Shown: positions 22,873 to 37,800 of the stretch, piece by piece | Layout of the letters: every line of letters begins with the position of its first letter | How positions within the stretch are numbered: position 1 is the first letter of the stretch | Assembly (NCBI GenBank): GCA_030141605.1 | Contig: JAQGDQ010000011.1 | Location: 62,001 to 126,000 of the forward strand | Direction: 5' to 3' | Origin: Tubiluchus corallicola | Taxonomy: Eukaryota; Animalia; Priapulida | Length of the DNA stretch: 64,000 bases | The notes under the pieces: generated by a model | The model's input: only the letters and a program-made list of their open reading frames with translations | Databases searched by the model: none | What the model was told of the DNA's origin: nothing | Made by a program: the position numbers and the translations under genes

Positions 22873-25800
22873 ATGAATCCCATTTACGTGATGCTCATTC
22901 TGTTGTCAGTAAAGTTTAAGATGGTCTGTTCATGTGAGGTGACACCAAAGTTTGTTGTCAGCGTAGATGCGAGTTCCCCCGTTGCAGCTCTCACAAGTTT
23001 CTGGAAGAGCACTGGCCTTTGGTAAGCTGATGGACTAACTACTTTGTATATTTGCAAAAACAGTAGCTTCAAAGTGGCTTTTCCAGTTTTAATTTTTGAA
23101 AAATATCTTGTAGGACACATTAATAGAACTATGTGCTTGTTTTATTTACCTTGTTTTTTTACTTGTTCTTACTTGACCAAATAAAAAATTATTTTAATTT
23201 CTGGCTCAAGATTTATCAGAATAATAAAATTTAATCTAATGAGCTAGAATCACCTTGGTGTTAGCAATTTTATACTGAAATTCTGAATTTGGTTGGTTAG
23301 GTATAAGGAATGAACTTTGGACTGTGTTATCCATTAGAATATATGGTGGCCTAGTGGTTAAGCTGTCTGCAATGTAAGCTACAGCTTCGTGGTTCAAATC
23401 TAGGCTGTATCCCAACTTTTTTGCATTTCCTGTCTTTCAAGTTTGGTAAAAAATTTAAATAACTGAGGGTTTGTAACATCATTAAAGCCTCATTAAAGTC
23501 ATTATACTTTAGTCATTTTCTGAACTGTGGAGAATTCACTCATTTGAATGTTTGTTACTGGAATTCATTTGAAAGTCATTGTGGAAGCACTTGCAGTGTA
23601 TGCTTGTAAACATGCCTTTCTTGCCATGGATAAGGCATTAAAAGGCATGTGTCAAATATAGTAAATTTTGAAAGCAGTACCTACAGTAGGTGTATTTCAA
23701 GAATGCTTTGAGGTCAACGTTACGCATTTATCAAAACGCTTCTGGATGGAAAGTCAAAATGTGTCTGCATGCATAATTGTACACATGTGATAGTTTGAAA
23801 CCTGCCAACCAGTTGATGTAAAATGAGTGTGAAACATGGAAAGCCAGGGGATTATCCAGCTCCCGACAGTGGTCTAGGAGGGAGCAAATTATGCCCAGAA
23901 CGTTTAGCTTTTTCCGGTATCAAAATCAAATTATCAAAAAAATTTGGTCAAAACAATAAAAAAGATAATTTTTGGCTTTCTTATACTGCTATTATGTAGT
24001 TCACTATGATTTATATATAAATATGTTCTTTTGTGCAATGAAAATAGCTCAGTAGCAGTCAAAATAGTCTAATTTTCAATAATTCTAATACACTTTACCG
24101 TAATAATTGTCGTAAGATTCATGGGTGCTACTGTGTTATTGAGAGTAGTACTACTAATCATGTTCTTTGCAAACTTGTATGTGAAGTTTTGAAATGTGTG
24201 TGAACTGAAACTTGATGTGTGTGTGGATGTGAAAGACTTAAAATTTGTGTGACACATGCTTAATGCTTGAGAGTTGGCAGGTCTGCAGTTTGATGCATTT
24301 GATGTGTTTTCATTTTCAACTTTCAGTCCTCCTGATCCACACCAGAAAGCAGAGAAATTTCTATTACATGAAGACATGGCAATGAACTTGGCTTTGATTG
24401 GTGCAATTCCGCATGGTAGCATTGAACAGATAAGAATACACTGGCTACTGGACCTCATCAAAATCAGGTTTGCTTATTTTATTAGGTTGCTTCTTACAGT
24501 TTTACTGATTTTAACCCTCACACACACAGACAAGAAAAAAGATGAACTAGAGAACAGAAAACAGGGAATTTAAAGTTCTTGTGCACTAATAAAAACAGAA
24601 AACAGAAATGTTATTTTGCTGAAACATTTTGTAAAGTAAGCACTGCTTGATTTGCGAAACAGAAACAGTGACTTTGCCTACTGCCAGAGATGTTACCGAA
24701 ACTGATATTACAAACCGAAACTGAAATTAACGAAATTACGTTTTATTTGAGCTGCTTTAGCCAAAATTTTCCAGCGATTTTTAACATCTAGGAGAAAAAA
24801 GGTAAGCTGGATAAATACTACTAAAACCTCGGAAAAACCTTACCGAAAATTACGGAAAGTTTTGGTTGCAAAAGTTAATAATTTCGACGAAAACACAAAA
24901 CTCCAACCTAAAGTGCAATTATCGGCAAACCGAAACATCGAAGTTTCGGTAACATCCCTTGCTATTGTGTCAAGAAATGCTAAACAACTGCGATAACCAG
25001 CCAAGCAATGATGGAAAGCAAGTTGTTTGTGATTGAAGGAAATGGCAGCCTGAATTGCTATTGCTTTAGAATTTTGCTTTTTCTGTGTTCTTTGTTTCTC
25101 ATTTGTGGGGCATATGTTTCACTAGAGAAAAATGGGAAACGACAATAAAACAAGTGGAGACCAATTGCCTTGGGAATTATTTTGTACACTCAATGTGCAC
25201 TAAGCTTTAATGTATATGTTTCAAGGTTGGATTATTAATGTATATGTTTCAAGGTTGGATTATTAAAGAGACTGATCTATCTTTGTTGTCAGCATAAATT
25301 GCTTTACATTTAAAATTTTTGCTTTGCCTTTGTAATTCGTATGTTAAAACATAAATATCAGTTTGCGGGATTTTGTCAGTGGAAATAACCCACTTCCTTT
25401 TTTGGAGATAGATGCTTCAAAGTATACAAAAAAATTTGTTCTGAAATGTCTTTTTAGTTCTTAGTGTTTTTTCGCAGACATTTTTTCATCAGTGATAGTT
25501 CTACAACTTCAGTGTCTAATAAGATCAGTATAAGGATTGATGTTTATAACGGAAATTTATAACATTGCTGGATTTTTTTCTAAAGAAATGTTTCAAATTC
25601 ATTTGAGGTTGACTAACTCTGCTACTGTAATCGCTGAGGTTATTAGGTTGACTACAAGGTTAGATTTTATTTGATTTCACTTACTCAAAGCTGCTGCTAG
25701 TTATAGTTTATTTATAAGCATTATTGAAATCTTTAACGAAATGTTCACCTAATTACCACAAACACGCTTTTCACTCTCGTACTTTACTGAAAAGTCTATT

Positions 25801-28800
25801 AATTATAGTCATCGTTGTTGCCATCATCATCACCACCATCACTAGCATATCCATTATTATTTTCATAGGTATCCTCGTTACCATCATCACCATTGTGTGC
25901 GGCATTATCATTACCGTCATCATCATTGTAACCATCATCAGTGATTGTCGCCGCCATCTTCATTATCATGTATTGGCTACTTGCTGCCATTGTACGTATA
26001 CATTTGATTTGCATTATACTTTTTTACTTATAACAATTTACAATTGAAAACTAAAAAAGAGTGCACAACGCTTGAATTTCTCAGGTCTGTTTTCTATTAA
26101 TTGTTCATTTCAGCACTCTAGCAGATGGACCCATCGTCTTATATGATTTTCACTTTCTGGATCTGCTTCTGGATAAACTGCATCAGCTCAGATTAAAGCC
26201 GGGTTTTGAACTGATGGGAAATCCTGGAGGTTACTTTACCAATTTCGAGGATCAAAAGCAGATTTTTCAGTTTAAGGAGTTAGTGGCTACTCTTGCTAAA
26301 CGATACATAGGTAATGATTTCTTATCTGTTGCGTGTAATTAAATTTGTGCTCAATTTTAGTTATCCATAATTGTTGTGTAACTCCAATGGCGGGTAAAAA
26401 ACACTTAACCATTTTAACTTTTCCAAAAACCAAAACAGTGGAAAAGTAATTTTAAAAGATGAAATTCTATAACTTGCTTACAAACTTTTTTCTATGACTG
26501 AATTATCACTTGTAAGCCACCAGCCGTTACACCCTGTGAGAGGCTGTCTGCGTCATTTAAGTTATAATTTTATACTACAGATGGTGTTCATTGCATCATT
26601 AGCATTAAAAATTTCATTGTTAGATATAAGAGATTTGTCTAAGCAAAACAGTAGACCCGCTCTGTACTTAAAGAAAAATAAAAAACTTCTGATAGCTTTT
26701 GCTTTTTTAAGTATTTTTATAAGTTTAATTTTTTTTGTAGAAAGATTTGGGCTTGATTACGTGTCGTCTTGGAACTTTGAATCGTGGAACGAACCAGACC
26801 ATCATGATTTCGACAACCTAAATATGACTGTGCAAGGTATGAAAATGAACACAATATGGTTAATCTACCATTTTTAATATCCATTTTAATATGTTCTGAA
26901 AGAGGGTCTCTAGTAGAACATTTTTCTCATGTCCATTATAACTCGATTGGATATCCACTGTTGTAGTTGAAAAAAGTGTGACAGGCACACTGAGTGAGTG
27001 ATTGAGTGAGCAAGGGAACAAATAAAGAAATCACTGGATTTTTTTCCAGAACCCAAGCTGATGCTCGGAAATCCACTTTTTAATAATAAAAAAGTTTTGT
27101 TTCCGTCGAGAAAATTACATTGCATCTGCGATATCTTTCACTTTCCTCTTCAAATCAAATTTTGTACACTTGTACCCTGTGGTGGGTGAAAAAAGTCGTA
27201 ATGGTGCTGTGTCCAGTGACCTTAGACCTCTAGCCTGCAATGTTTTTTGCAGCCTTTTACTTTTTCTAAGAATTTTCGGAGATGGCAACAGTACATTAAG
27301 TCTTTGCTTAACTGCTATGAAAGCTTTATAAGAACCTTTACACTTTATTCAGAAAAACTTCTCAAAATTTAAAAATGTTGCACAAGTAATTCTTTTTTAC
27401 TTGTTGCATTTATATCCAGCCAACACAATGCTTAAGTTTGAATGGTACTATGGTGTTATTACTTTCAATTTATAAATAATGGGTAAATATACATATTTGT
27501 TGGGAAAGAGTGGTTGGCCAAAAAATCATCACAACAAAATGATGTACATTAAAGGAAAAAAAGCATCAAAATTTCAGCATCACCAAAACAAAAAATTGCT
27601 AAACAGGGAGGTGCTAAAGGAGGACTTGCATTTTGTTTGTGATATGAAACAGCAGAAGTCTTTACGCTGTGTGAATATTACAACAATCGAGGACCAGTCT
27701 AATGAAGGTGCCAGTTAGCTGTTGCTCCTATACATCCAATAAATGCATTATGATGAAACAGGTAAATGACAAAATATGTGGTCATACTTTAATCATTGAT
27801 TGCCAGTGTGTCATCTAAACTGAGTGTCCTGATTCTTTCTCAGTAATTGCATAGTAATTTAGTAGGGGTGTTTAATATTCAAAACTCAAATGTTTTGCTC
27901 TGATAAAAATCAAGTTTTTGAAAGTAGTGTATTTTTAAAAACTTCAAATACAAATCAGAAACTCATTAACTTGTTTGTTCTTATAAATATTCTAAAATAC
28001 AAAACAAATTCTGCTTGCTTAGTATGATGTAGAAATGTGTGTGATTAAATTTTCATTTCTAAAGGTTTCTTGAATTACTACGATGCATGCTCTGAAGGGT
28101 TGTTCAAAGCTAGCGTGAGATTAAAGCTTGGAGGACCTGCAGCTTCCTGTCGTCAGACGGATTTTTCCAGAATGTGTTGGGCACTATTAGCACATTGTGA
28201 TAATGGGACGAATTATTTTACAGAAGAGCGTGGTGTGAGGTTAGACTTCATTTCATTTCACCACAAGGTGTTTATTTAAAACATTGTGTAAAATTTGATA
28301 ACTGATGTAATGTTTCAATGTTAAAGTCAAGTAAAATGTGTGAAATTGTAATAATTGATGTGATGCTTCTAGGTCAAGGTCAAGTAAATGTGTGAAATTG
28401 TGTTAGATAATACAACAGTTCAATGGTTAAACACACACTAAACGTAAATGTAAAATGACAGGATGACATTGTGTGTAAGTCATACTTTGCATAACCAGTC
28501 TAGTCAATTGTAAATAGAACTGATCTTTAGTATACTATCATACATTGTACAGATCTCCATTCTCTCCAAGGTCAAGGTCAACTAGATGTGTAAAATTTTG
28601 GTAATCTAGTAAATTTGTTAAATTGTGATAACTGATGTAATGCTTCAAGGTCAATGATATTTTTTTAAAATGTGTAAATGTGAAATTGTAATAACTGATT
28701 TTACATTTCAAGGTTAAGGTCAAGCAAATGTGTGAAATTGTGACATCTAATACAGCATTTCAGTGTGTTCAGTGGTTAAACACACACTAACATAAATGTA

Positions 28801-31800
28801 AAATGACAAGATGACATTGTGTGTAACTCATATTTTGCATAACCAATTTAGTCAATTGTAAATAGTACTGATCTTTAGTACGCTATCATAGTCTACCAAT
28901 CTGCATTTTCTCATTCACTCATCGCCTCACTTACTCACCCCAGAAGTTTCCCACTAATCTGCTGAGTTATTTACTCTCTTACTCACATGTTTCCATTCAC
29001 TCATTGACTCCTATTCAGTCGACTGTTCACTTTCTTTCTCACTCACTCATTCATTCTCAGTCATCCATTCTTACTCACTGATTCATTCACTTACCTGCTT
29101 ACTTGTTATAAGAGACTATTCACAATGAATGTTCACTTTACAATCTTCATAATATTCAAGCTTATAAATAAAGAAACTGATTGAAAGGCTAATTGACATG
29201 TTTGTTTTTTCTGTATTTCAGGGTAATGGGTCATCTAAGTTCATTTTAGATACAGAAATTGAGACGATCAGGGCAATTAGACAAAAACATCCAAAATTTC
29301 TTCACACACCTATTTTTAACGAGTAAGTATACTTTTTATTTTTAGTACTTTATTTCTTAACGTGACATTATGGAACATTATGTTTTATAACAATGGTTTT
29401 GTACCCTCAGAAATTACTTAACACCGATGATTGTGTTGGCAGCAAGTTTAATTAAAAATAATCCTTTAGCTGAACTAGCAGTGGATGCTAGTGCTTTCTC
29501 CCTTACCCAAAAATATTTTTCCCAATGCTCACCTCTCCGTTTACTTATCAGGTTCAGTGTTCATTAACTTTTATCATTAAGAAGATAATGTGAGCTACTC
29601 CCTCACTTCAATAAAAAAAATTAAGTTTTTAGTAAGTGTCTAATTTACCCATTCTATTTGATTACATTGAGTACATGCAAGTACTCAAGTGTATTTGGTA
29701 TTTTTCTACACGAATTGGATTTACCATCTGAAATTTGTTTGTTTTTTGCCGTTCCCATTACATTTGTCTTCTTGTTATCACTGACTACCACATAATAGTG
29801 TGCACGCTGTGCACTAAGTCTAATTTCTTTGTCATTTCATTGTACAGTGAAGCTGATCCAATGAAGGGCTGGTCTAAACCTCAGTGGTGGCGGAAAGATT
29901 CAACCGATGCAGCAATGGTAGTGAAGGTAAAAACATTACTGTAGTCACAGTAAGCCCGGTATGTTGTTATGTAGGTATGCATTACACTTTTTATCCCATC
30001 TGTATAATGTGAAAAAAAGAGATCCATTTTGCTTGTTAGAGTACATTCTCTGGGGTACATATAACATATCTTAATAATCATGAAGCCCGATTTATGTAAA
30101 ATGTGACATATAACAACATATATAACAACATGATATATAACATAAGATATATATATATGCAGCAAGAAAAGTACAATAATTAAAGTGCAAGGAAACCCTT
30201 TACTTACATAAAGCTGTCTTGAAAATTTATATCACCTACATGCTACTGTCTTATTGCGCACAGAGCTTGCATTAGCAGTAACACTGTATCATACTTGTAT
30301 AAAATTTAATCTCCTGCGATGACCGTTAGATGCAGCCATTTTAACGGTAAGTCATGTGAAGCAAGTTTTGATAACATTGCGTAAAGTTTGAAAAAATAAT
30401 CAGAGCATTCACTGCACACCCTTCCCTGACTAAGGAAAAATTTAAATTACTTTATATTGTCAATTAGATCAATGATGTGTTTTTTGGTGAATCATTGGTG
30501 CACACTAGGACAGTGATATTATAACGTTCTACCAGTTGGCACGGGTATTTTAAATTATTAAGAATTTTCTTTTCCAGTTATGTAAGTCTTTCAAGCAGGT
30601 AAGTGTAATGCCAAGTAATATAACTTGGTGTGGAAAGTTTTTTTGAGATTGTCTTCAAAATTGTCTTTTCTATCCCTTTAAGAAAACTGATATTTCGCCT
30701 GCTTTCTCTGAAAATATCTTTGCATGAGCTTTACCTGCTGTCTATATAACTCATCCAAAAATATTTTCACCATTCACCATTGTTAATGCCTGGCGAAACA
30801 TCTGGTGTTTTAATTAGAGTACTTTGTATATGTAAACATGTCTGTCGTTATAATCAAAGATGTTCTTTAACATATCTTACTTCTGTGGTTACATTTATGA
30901 TTGTATATGCGATTTCCGCAATTAGATGAGCCACTGTTGCATAATTTCTAGTGTTTTATACACAAAACAGTTCATTTTAGCGCATCTGCCTATGGAACTT
31001 GTAGACTGATTTTGCACGTGTTCAGGTCATCTCCCAGCATCAGAATGAGCTACTGTCTAAACATCGGAAGCAGAACATCAACTACAAGCTGCTCAGTAAT
31101 GACAACAGTTTTCTGAATTACTTTCCACACTTTTTCACGCAGCGCACTCTATTGGCAAGGTTCCAAATGAATGCCACGATACCCAAATACAGCGAGTTCA
31201 TCCGGAAGCCGGTGTACGCGGTTATGGGTTTGATGGCGTTTCTTGGAGAAAAACAAGTAAAATCTCAGATTTGTACGTGTTGAAATGACAGTTGGTATTT
31301 TGTTTTGCAGACGTAATCATTTTAATTGTGATTGTAATCTTAGGACTTGCTACTGATATGCTTGCCAATTTGTATCAGGTTGCACACAACATGTGAACTA
31401 AGCTTCATGGGTAAAGACCAGTTATCAGCGGTTTTTAATTTCTGACAGGTTTTCTAGTAAAAAGCACAGAAATTTGTAGCAGTACTTCAAAACATTTACA
31501 GGCGTTTGTAATATCTTTACTACTAGTAAAAAATAAATCAATTTACTTTGACTATTGAGCTATAGTTATGAGTTTCTTAAAGTCCAATAAGTTTTTGTTT
31601 TAAAACAGCACCTGCCTACAATACTTCCTTATTCGTGTCAACATATGTTGTACATCTTTTTGCGTTATGTACATACTCTCGTGTGCACTGCTTTTAGTAT
31701 CAGTGTCATCAGTCTTAGTACATAAGCTTTTACATGTTTAAACCATAACGGCTTTATATTTTTTGGATTTCTTTTTATGAGCATGGAAATGTGGGCAGTT

Positions 31801-34800
31801 TACGTACTTCTTACAAAAACAACTGTGCCTGCAAACGTGGTGTGTTCTAATGCACAGCAGTTTTGAAGGAAACTATGTGCATCGCACTGTGTGGTTTTAG
31901 AAAAACTTTAATTAACTTTGTCAAGTGTTTTGGGGTAAACAGTTTGCATGTAAAAATTGATTTTTTTATTTACGATGAATATGAGAGGCATTTGAGAGCA
32001 TTGCAGAAGGAGCAAATGATTACCCGGCTGCCAAATGTGTTAAATTCAAGCCTGTTTTTTATTTGTCTAGCTAGTCTTGATGAAACCAAAGAAGTAAACA
32101 ATGACAGAGTGGGTGCTTTGGCTACTGTGCATGTTCCAAAGACCATATATGGTCATGGCAGGTATTGCAGTTGTTTAGATATGTTTATATTGTCATTAGT
32201 GTGTGATTACAGGGACATTCATGTTGCCTAAAATGAAAGACAACTAGGAAAGCCAAAATGAATGGTGAGTTGTAGGCTTCATGGCGGAGTAACTAGGTGT
32301 AAGTGAGTGATATGTGGCTGCCGTAGATTCATACTCGCTCTGGGTGGTATCATCCATAAGCCTTGACTGTTTACCTCATGCAAAGAGGATACATGTACAT
32401 CTGAATATGGCTGAGACGTCTCTGCTGGTTCAGTAGCTTGTCTTAGAGGGATAGCCTTGACGGTGAGCTGGGTTCCAGTCTTGCTGCAAACATTGCATTG
32501 AGTATGCTGTGCCTTTGAATGCCAGCTTGATGTGTGCAAAAATCTATATAAAAAGCTTACTATTAACCTTCATTTTTGCCAAGTAAGTGCTAGATGTTTT
32601 GGATACCATTAGATGAGTTTTCAAAATTTTAAGATTCAAGATTGTTTATTTCGCATCAACACAAATACAACAGGTATGTAAAAAAAATTCAATAGTTCAG
32701 TAGTTAACAAAAGGCAAAATACTCAATAAGAAGCAAATTTTGAAATATGTTTAATTAAATACCTAGTTAGATGATTTGTGTTGTAGGGAGTTATCTGCTC
32801 AATTATAGAATTTGTTTGAAATACAATTGAAGCTGTATCAGTGCAAAGAACATGTTTCACTTTACCACTTTAATAGCTACAAGCCGCAAAACAAATTATG
32901 GAAGAATTTAAAAAAAACATTTCTAAAGCATTAATTTTTGCATGTTTTTTAATCAGCTCAGCATTCTTGCAAGCCGGAATGTGCCATTTACTGGCAGGCA
33001 TATTAAACATAGGTAGTTGTGGTGGGACCGGAATCTGCAGGTAGTCATCGACTTACAATCACAATCGGTTTCTGCTGGCTGATTGATCGTAAGATGAATT
33101 GGTCACAAGTTGGACACGTATCTTCAATGTATATTCAAGCGGTGCGCTACTACATGCAAGACGTTGTGTGTGTACACACTAATTATAGTGGCACCTGTGA
33201 TATATTTATTGAAACAGACAACGATTTCTAGTTAATTTGTTTAAAAAATAAAGGGAAATATGAGTTATAGTTGGTTTTGTATAACTAATTAATTAAGTTG
33301 TGGACGTGTCGTAATGTTGAACATTCATAAGTTGCTCAGGTCATAAGTCGACAACTGCCTGTAGTTCATTTTCAGTGACAAGACACTGGCCCAGCAGACG
33401 TGTCTTAGCTATGTACCGATGGATGCACATCATCTCTCGATGACAGAAATAACCAGAAGCTGTATGTTAGGTGAAACTACTCAAAAGCAGTTTCTTGTTA
33501 GTCACTCATCTATTTACTAATCAGGTCTCTCACTGCTTAACTTTAGTTGCTAAGCATATACCATAGCCACTCTGCATTTTTCTGGCTTTGTTGTAGTGAA
33601 GCCTTTTCTGCAACTAGATTTTATTGACAAGTTTCATAAAACTAGACCTGTGATGTAGATTTAATTATCATACAAGCTTACTGCACACCTGTGTAACTGT
33701 GTACTTTAAATTTATTAGTGTAAATTGTTCTAGTTGGCAGTTGTGCATTTTATTGTACAATAGTGATGATATCAAAAACTCGTCCGGAGCTGTGGAAATT
33801 CGTTTTGATATCAGAGGCGTACCTAGTGAAATCAACTTGAAAGGTGTGCCAATTAAACTATTGAATATTAGTGTTATACCTATTAACCATATCTGTGTGT
33901 GTGTGTGTGCGCGTGCGCGTACGTGCGTGCGTGCATGCTTGCGTGCATGTGTGCATGTGTGTTGAGTGATTCCTTATTCTTGTAATACTGACTACACTAA
34001 ATTATAGGCTTATTATTTATTTGTTAAGCACACAATATGTAAATTATGTGTTTCTTTTCTACCTGTGTGAATGGAGAGGAATTAGAAAGGTTCATTAGGC
34101 TAGTTGCAGTCAGGGGACATTGCAGTAGTTCATCATCTCACTTCAGCATTTTTTCGAGTCCATATTAAACTTATGTAAAATTGCCTTAAAGCTCTAATGC
34201 TTTGGGTTTTTTGTTAATGAGAACACAAGCAGAATTGCCAAGTTTGAAACGAGCATTACGTTAGAGATTGCATTCCTTTAGAATAACAGGGCTACAATCC
34301 AATTACGTGTGTTATCTTCTGCTCCCCATAAAAAACGAATTCAATTGAGAAGGTCTAGTCTCTGGAAGGTCCAATAATAGGTTTTCTGAGCGTGTTCTAC
34401 CCCATTTCACAATACAATGAAGAGAATGTTGAAACTTGCAAGCTGGTAGTGGATAAACGCCACTTGACTTTTTTGCAATCGGTAATGTTGATGAATTTTT
34501 TCTCCATCTAGATTTACGATGGATGATGTTTGAAGTTAATAATGTAAGGACCAATCCAGCAAAAGTTTGGGAAAGCTTTGGCAAACCTGTTTATCCGACA
34601 GGAAAACAATTCCGTGAGATTAGGAACCAGGAGGTAAGCTTGTCATCTTTGCAGATACTATTTGTTTTGCATCAGTTTTGCAGGAATTCCTTGCACCTTG
34701 GATAAATGAGATAATCATAAAAGTTCATATTTGTAATGATATGATAATTAAGAAGGCACGTAAATGTACAAGATTTGGTTGGTGTATTAATTGATGTTTG

Positions 34801-37800
34801 TTTTCTAATGTGTAATCGTAAAATGGCAATTCTTTGTACAATGTTTTCAAAATAATATATACAACTACGAAAGAAAAGTGCACTATATTTTGTTAGCTAA
34901 AAAACAAGCAAAATCACTAAATATAACATTTTATATTACACTAAGTGTATTTTTTCTTATCCTGTCTTGGTTTAGCTTTCTTTATATACTTTCATGTTAC
35001 TTTTTCTGGTTCTTGATTTGCAAACGAAGGTAGATAGTGGTTTTGAAATATTTTCTCCATTAATCTATGTATTGACACCCACGAAGCACTGCAGTTAGAT
35101 TTGGACAAATACAATAACTAACAAGATGTTAATAGGATGTGGGTCCTGGGATTAATATATAATCTACATATTGGTACCCACGAAGCACTGCAGTCGGATT
35201 TGGGCAAATACAATAATTAACAAGATGTTCATAGGATGTGGGTCCTGGGATTAATATATAATCTACATATTGGCACCCACGAAGCACTGCAGTCGGATTT
35301 GGACAAATACAATAACTCACAAGATGTTCATAGGATGTGGGTCCTGGGATTAATATATAATCTACATATTGGCACCCACGAAGCACTGCAGTCGGATTTG
35401 GACAAATACAATAACTCACAAGATGTTCATAGGATGTGGGTCCTGGGATTAATATATAATCTACATATTGGCACCCACGAAGCACTGCAGTCGGATTTGG
35501 ACAAATACAATAACTCACAAGATGTTCATAGGATGTGGGTCCTGGGATTAATATATAATCTACATATTGGCACCCACGAAGCACTGCAGTCGGATTTGGA
35601 CAAATACAATAACTAACAAGATGTTCATAGGATGTGGGTCCTGGGATTAATATATAAATCATGCATAATTTTAATTTCAGGAGCCTTGGGCAGTTGGTCC
35701 TCACAGCTTTTCTGTGTTGTGTAATATGACTGTATGTCTTCCTTTACCTGGAGTATTGCTGTTACATATCTGTGCAAGATCTGCGGAGCCACCTGCTCAG
35801 GTTTGTATTCAGAAATCAATGGTACAAGACTACAAGTTTATTCATGAAAAGCGACACTGCATTTGGCTGCAAATGTTTGAAAGTTTTGGACTTGTTGGAG
35901 TGATTATGCCAATTGCAGCTTGAACTTATCTGGTACAGAGAACTACGTTTTTGCCACGCGCAATAGGCCACACTTTTAGTTGTTTCGTGAGTTAGAAGGG
36001 ATTTCAAATTCATAAATTAAATTTCTGGCATAATGTCCTTGTCAGGCATTTCTAGTTTGTGTCATATAATCAAGTGACATTATCAGTAATGGACACCTGT
36101 AACTTGCTGTTACCTAACCTACCTTATGTAAACTATAGTACAACAGTGCCATGTCAAATCAAATAACTAGAAACTCGGCTGCTGACTACATTCCTTAGTT
36201 CTTATCCCCTTTACTCGTCATCAACACTTATTCCCATAAGAATTCAAACATTTTTACCTTTTGCCTTGTGTTGTTAGCATTTGTTTTCGTTTAAACCCTT
36301 TCAGGCAAACCTTTTTACTCATGATTATGGCAGTCTGTAGTCTTTCTCAGTGTTTGACCTGCTTTGTGTATTTTTAAGCTGTTATTGTTATTGCGATGTT
36401 ACGAGTGCATCATGCTTTCACATTTTTGTAATTCTGTGAATGATGGTTTTGAACTGTCATATCCTATATGTCTGCAGGTAACTGATGTGATGATCTATAA
36501 TATCACTAGGAATGAAGTTTTGATCACTTGGAGTGATTCGTACATTCACACAAAGTGAGTGCTTTTCAATTTGTCCTACAAATACTATGTAAGTTTTCCC
36601 AGTTTTGTTGTTTACAAGTCTTTTGATCTGGTTTATTTCACCCAACTTTCTTAAATACTACATACTAGAAGTATTTTCTTAGAGCTAGAAGATTAGAAAG
36701 AACACTGTAGTGCCAATGGTCAGCTTCTCGAAACACAGGCTAACTACAACTCTGTATTGTTATTGAAAATCGGTCCCATCTTAGTTTCTGAAATTTCAAA
36801 TCAAGTTGTCAAACAAAAGCAGTATCTTCTTGAAGTCCCATTGACAGAATGTGTGATGCTTACATTGCACCATACCAAGCTGTTTAAAAAATGACTTCTA
36901 TTTTTCAGATGTATTCTTACTTATGAAGTGGAATTTGCTGCAACGGGGAGCAAGTATGAACGAATTAACATTAGAAATACATTCTTCACTTCATTCCTGT
37001 TCTCGCCTGTATCTACACAAACAGGTACAGATAAGAAATTAATATACGTTTCTGGTGAAATAAACTCACAATAAGAAAAATATTTAAAACGAAATTGCTA
37101 GAGATTCATAACTGATCCCAGATTTGAACTCAAGGATGAGAAGCTGAGATCTTTCGATTACAATTTCTATTTCTGAGGTAGATCTGAGCTGAGACTTTTC
37201 CACCATTTCTTCTTTTTGGCTAAGTTTGATTTTAAATGATTTATTAATTTTGTGTCGTCAGATAGCATGCTAATTCTGTCATTAACTGATAGTCTCAGAA
37301 TTAAGGTCTTTATTAAATAAAGTTTATTATTTATTAAAGTTTTTTATTTAATGAAAGTTGAGTGAAATGTTTTCTTTTAACTGTATGTCTAATCACACAG
37401 TTAATGTAGAATCTTAAAGCAGTAAATTTGTGCTTGTCCGCATTGACTCACTGTGGTGTGACATTGTTTTACGTTTTCTACTGACATGCAGTCCTACAAC
37501 CATATAAATAAGTTCTTTCACCCACATGAATAAAGCTCAGTAACACCCAAAAGTACTTAATTTTCAATAATTATAATATCTTTTCGTGTAATATACATCG
37601 TGAGACTCATGAACGCTACTACTAATTATGTTGTGCTGGGTACTAGTGGCAAAGGAAGCCATTGAAGTCAGGTGATTAACAAACTTGTATGTGAAGTTGT
37701 GGAACGAGTGAGAACTGAAATTTGACGTGTGTGCGAGACAAAGTGTAAAAGATTTAAAATGCATGTGACACGTGCCTAATGCATGAGAGTTGGTAGGTCT

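Noticed and set aside
23345-23420. Possible tRNA gene
   Set aside because: A and B boxes are present but the acceptor and anticodon stems do not pair; treated as a SINE head or relic.
25724-26047. Hydrophobic 107-aa ORF as a membrane protein (also 62531-62734)
   Set aside because: Translation of degenerate trinucleotide microsatellites.
24468-26113. Nested antisense SLC26A1 gene as in the human IDUA locus
   Set aside because: The intron is only 1.6 kb and holds a MITE and simple repeats; no SLC26-like ORF.
35062-35704. 99-bp array as a CRISPR array, or the 191-aa and 126-aa ORFs as genes
   Set aside because: The units are head-to-tail with no unique spacers, there are no cas genes, and the array lies in a eukaryotic intron; the ORFs result from a period divisible by three.
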